64,000 nucleotides of DNA from an uncultured Verrucomicrobiae bacterium (lineage in GTDB: Bacteria; Chlamydiota; Chlamydiia; Chlamydiales; Rhabdochlamydiaceae): contig OY970364.1 in NCBI GenBank assembly GCA_963718565.1, positions 96,001 to 160,000 of the forward strand, in the 5' to 3' direction. This document shows positions 60,976 to 64,000 of this stretch, piece by piece. Below the pieces are notes generated by a model, which did no database searches, had not been told where the DNA came from, and was given only the letters and a program-made list of their open reading frames with translations. The position numbers and the translations under genes were made by a program. Each line of letters opens with the position of its first letter. The stretch's first letter is position 1.

Positions 60976-63441
60976 GAAAAAGAAAGGGGCTTTGCCCCTT
61001 GAACCCCAGCAAAGGGCTGACTGCCCTTTGCAAACCCGTGGGCTTTTGTATAGGGCCCTGGGAGTTAGATTAAACAACAGAGGAGATTAGCTTAGATTTC
61101 TCGATTTTTGGTCTAGACAAAAGGAACCACTTTACATTCTCTCTAAAATCGGTACTCCAAGATCAGCATAGTCATACACCTGTGCTTCTTTTTTATGCGT
61201 ATATAGACGATGCAGTCTACCAACGTACTGAGCGATAGTTCCTTTCCATGAAATGGGCATGGTAAGAAATAAAGTGTCCAGGCGTGCATTATCAAAACCC
61301 TCACCGACAAACTTGCCAGTTGCAAGCAGCACTCTAGGCTCATTTGCAGGAATAGCAGCTAAACGGCTAGTCACTTGGGCAATTTCCTTTGAACTCATCC
61401 CACCGCGAAGCACTACCAGATGTTGAATATGGGGAGAAAGTCGCTCGAGCAAGCCGTCGAGATGTTCATTTCGTTCCGTCAGCACTAGCGGCGACCTACC
61501 GCTTTGAACTGCATAAATGACTTCATTACAAATTAGCTGGTTGCGATCTTCATCTCGGATGAGCTCATCGTATAAATCATTAAATTGAAGGCGAGTATCT
61601 TCGTTTGCCGGCTTGATAGGAGAAAATGCGGTTGGCCTAACAAATACGGTATGCTCAAACGGGCGTAACTCGGCTGCAGCCTTGGCGTCTACTCGGTAGC
61701 GCACGGGGCCGCATCTCATGAGAATGATTGGATGATGGCCATCTTTTCGTGTCAGAGTGGCTGTGAGTCCTGTAATAAATTTGGGCTTAGATTGGCGGGC
61801 CACTTGCTCAAAACTAAAAGCTGGCAAGTGATGGCATTCATCGACAATTAAATGGCCATATTGAGAGACAATATCATCAACGACTCCCTTGCGCGCAAGG
61901 CTTTGAATCACAGCTACATCAATCAGTCCTGTAGGCTTTCTCTTCCCTCCACCAATACGACCTATGGCATTTTTCGGCAGTTCAAGGAATGAGGAGAGTC
62001 TTTCTATCCATTGCTCTTGCAATTGCGTTCGATGCACAAGGATCAGCGTATTTACCTTCCGTTTCGAGATGAGCCATGCGCCAATAACGGTTTTGCCAAA
62101 TGCAGTCGTGGCTGACAGAACGCCAAAGTTTGTTTTAACCATTGCTGCTGCAGCAGCCTTCTGCTCAGGACGTAATTCGCCCAGGAATTTTGCTGTAAGA
62201 GAAGTCCCTGCTTGCAGCTCATCTCGAATAACCAGCCTGATTTTTAGGTCAGAGAGTAGGAGACAAATATCTTCAAGGCAACCTCGTGGCAATCCTATAT
62301 GATCAGAGTGATCTGCAACACATGAAATCATTCTTGGTTTTTCATGAGTTGGAAGTCTCATTGCTTGAGCTTTGTAAAATTCGGGGTTTGGAAATGCTGC
62401 AAGGCGCATTAACCGATTTCTTAACCACGGAGATAGTCCATTTTTGGGCACATAGATCTCATTTCCAACAGCGATTTCCAAACTTTCTGGCAGGTCAATA
62501 TTGGCAGGAACTGTTTTGTTGTGAGTAAATGGCCTATTCCATGGAGTAATGTCGTCCTCCTCGCTCACCGTGAGATGCATTCCAACGATGCGGCCCTTCC
62601 TTTCAGCAAGGGAGACAATCGTTTCGGCTTCCTGACGAGAAATCTTTCGTAATCCTGACAGGAATGCCCATTGATCCTCATAGGCAATTAAATCCTCATT
62701 CACAAATACGCTATTTCCAAGATCTCGGGCCTTTTTTTGCAAAGGGAGTGCGATGAGATTCCCAAATCCACCTTGAGGCAGCGTATCCTGATTTGGAAAG
62801 AATCGATCATAAGAATCCAGCCCGACATCTGGCCGATGCTCCATCGTTTCAGTGAGGATGTGACATCCTAGTTTTCGTGCGAGTATTGCTGGGATTGCGG
62901 TCGTAAAAAATAGCCAGACGTGAGCGCCCTTGCCAGAGCGAGAACGTTCCAGTGCTGCGGGTAAATTCAGCTGATGACAGGTTTTGAGAAAGGCACGCGC
63001 GTCCTCTTCCCAGCTGGACTTATCAAAATCAGCCGCCAGGAAGAAACAGGTTTCATTCAATAACATTGGATAAAGGCCCATGACAAAGTCTTTCCCAAAA
63101 TCATCTTGGCCGGAAAGATGCCATTTCACCACGTCATCAATCACGGGTAGGAATCTGCGATGTCTGCATTCAGAGCATTTGATTTTTGGCTTTTCGCAAA
63201 TTCCTCGTACCCATTCATTGCCACATGCAGGTGAATAGCCTGATTTCCCTGTCTTTTTACTTTCAAATCGCCGAGGATATAGATCTTCGCGGCCTCGGAA
63301 AAGGGACCGGAATAGGGCGATTTTGGTACAGGAGGGTGATTTTTGGGTAAGCTGGAGTTTCTCTTCCATTTAATGGCCAATAATTTTCAAGGAAAGTATA
63401 GAGGGTTTTGCTAGGCCTTACAAGTTCTTAAATATGGTTTC

Positions 63442-64000
63442 CTAATTCATGATTTGTAAAATGGCCGATGCTGCATTAAACCCGGATGTATAAGCGGCAT
63501 CTGCGGTGCCGTCTTTGAGTTGATTAATAGCCTCTCCGGCGAAAAACAACCTATTATCTATTGGTAATGTCAAATTCACAATATCGTTAAAACTAGTATT
63601 CAGCGAAGGGTAGGAATAACTGCCGAGGGAATAGGGGTCTTGCCCCCATCTTGTGATTTGGATCTGTAAGGGATCGGGAGCTGATGGATAAATTAAACGC
63701 AATTGGGTCATTACATTATTTACAATTTCAGCATCCGACAATTGTTCTTCGTCCCAAGCAAAATCTCCAATAGTAAAAACGAGTAAAATTGGCTTATTCA
63801 CAAATTCGCCAAAATTAAATATCATATAATAATTGTCTAATGAATTGGCAGTATAGGGAAGGGTAATTGTTTGATTCGCAGCCCAAAAAGCGCTAGGGAA
63901 TTGAAGGTATACTTTATCTAGCAAGCCATTCCCTAGATTTTGTATTGCCGTCCGCTGGGGTGCCGGCAGGCTTGGGATGAATTGGATCGTATTCGCCTGT
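63442..64000 (-). CDS. Flavin-containing amine oxidase (MAO/polyamine oxidase family), 5' part outside the window
   Basis: KVYLQF...FW, TRWGQDPYSLGSYS, RLFFAGEA...GTADAAYTSG. Confidence 0.88.
   Translation of the reverse strand, partial: QANTIQFIPSLPAPQRTAIQNLGNGLLDKVYLQFPSAFWAANQTITLPYTANSLDNYYMIFNFGEFVNKPILLVFTIGDFAWDEEQLSDAEIVNNVMTQLRLIYPSAPDPLQIQITRWGQDPYSLGSYSYPSLNTSFNDIVNLTLPIDNRLFFAGEAINQLKDGTADAAYTSGFNAASAILQIMN

Larger units (their letters stand above)
59797..61136 (+). mobile_element. IS3-family insertion sequence (copy b, distinct from copy a)
   Basis: orfA/orfB; imperfect IRs ..ATGGTCCCC..TAGACCA / TGGTCTAG..GGAACCACTTTACA. Left terminal TG and target duplication not seen. Confidence 0.9.
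59378..63369 (-). pseudogene. AEP primase-like + SF2 (DEAH) helicase + DUF559/Vsr-like nuclease fusion, split by IS3
   Basis: FLAADFD, ERSRSGKGAHVW, GNLIALPLQ; TAFGKT, DECHH, QYVGR. After the IS: EVDLLC..AIELDG..H..YRRDRRKD..LQENGY.VLRF. Confidence 0.85.

Noticed and set aside
1..64000. CRISPR array or cas genes
   Set aside because: No regularly spaced direct repeats with unique spacers. The RuvC protein is IS607-linked TnpB, not Cas12.

Overview
64 kb from an AT-rich bacterial chromosome that looks like an environmental chlamydia (inferred from gene content and sigma66-type promoters). A short core block (surE, putP, ttcA, a SEC-C protein, tRNA-Thr, tRNA-Tyr) is followed by a heavily eroded accessory region. 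It holds an IS607 with a TnpB, two different IS3 elements, two near-identical IS256 copies, ISAs1, an IS66 remnant, many pseudogenes, and at least five families of short palindromic MITE/RPE-like repeats. Intact accessory genes include an S53 protease with a malectin domain, a GH64-like glucanase, a class D beta-lactamase, DipZ, SNF2+SWIM, an M48 peptidase, several methyltransferases and glycosyltransferases, prfC and cutA. Top findings: (1) an unannotated 44-aa His-rich leader peptide with a near-consensus promoter and downstream hairpin/U-runs in front of a polar amino-acid ABC transporter operon, a candidate histidine attenuator; (2) a 186-bp palindromic element inserted in-frame in the N-terminus of that operon's first gene, as Rickettsia RPEs do; (3) an IS607 TnpB with a Fanzor-like rearranged RuvC site; (4) a ~730-bp GC-rich inverted repeat; (5) a structured repeat built from the tRNA-Tyr 3' end. 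No CRISPR array or rRNA was seen. All calls are by eye; no database searches were run.
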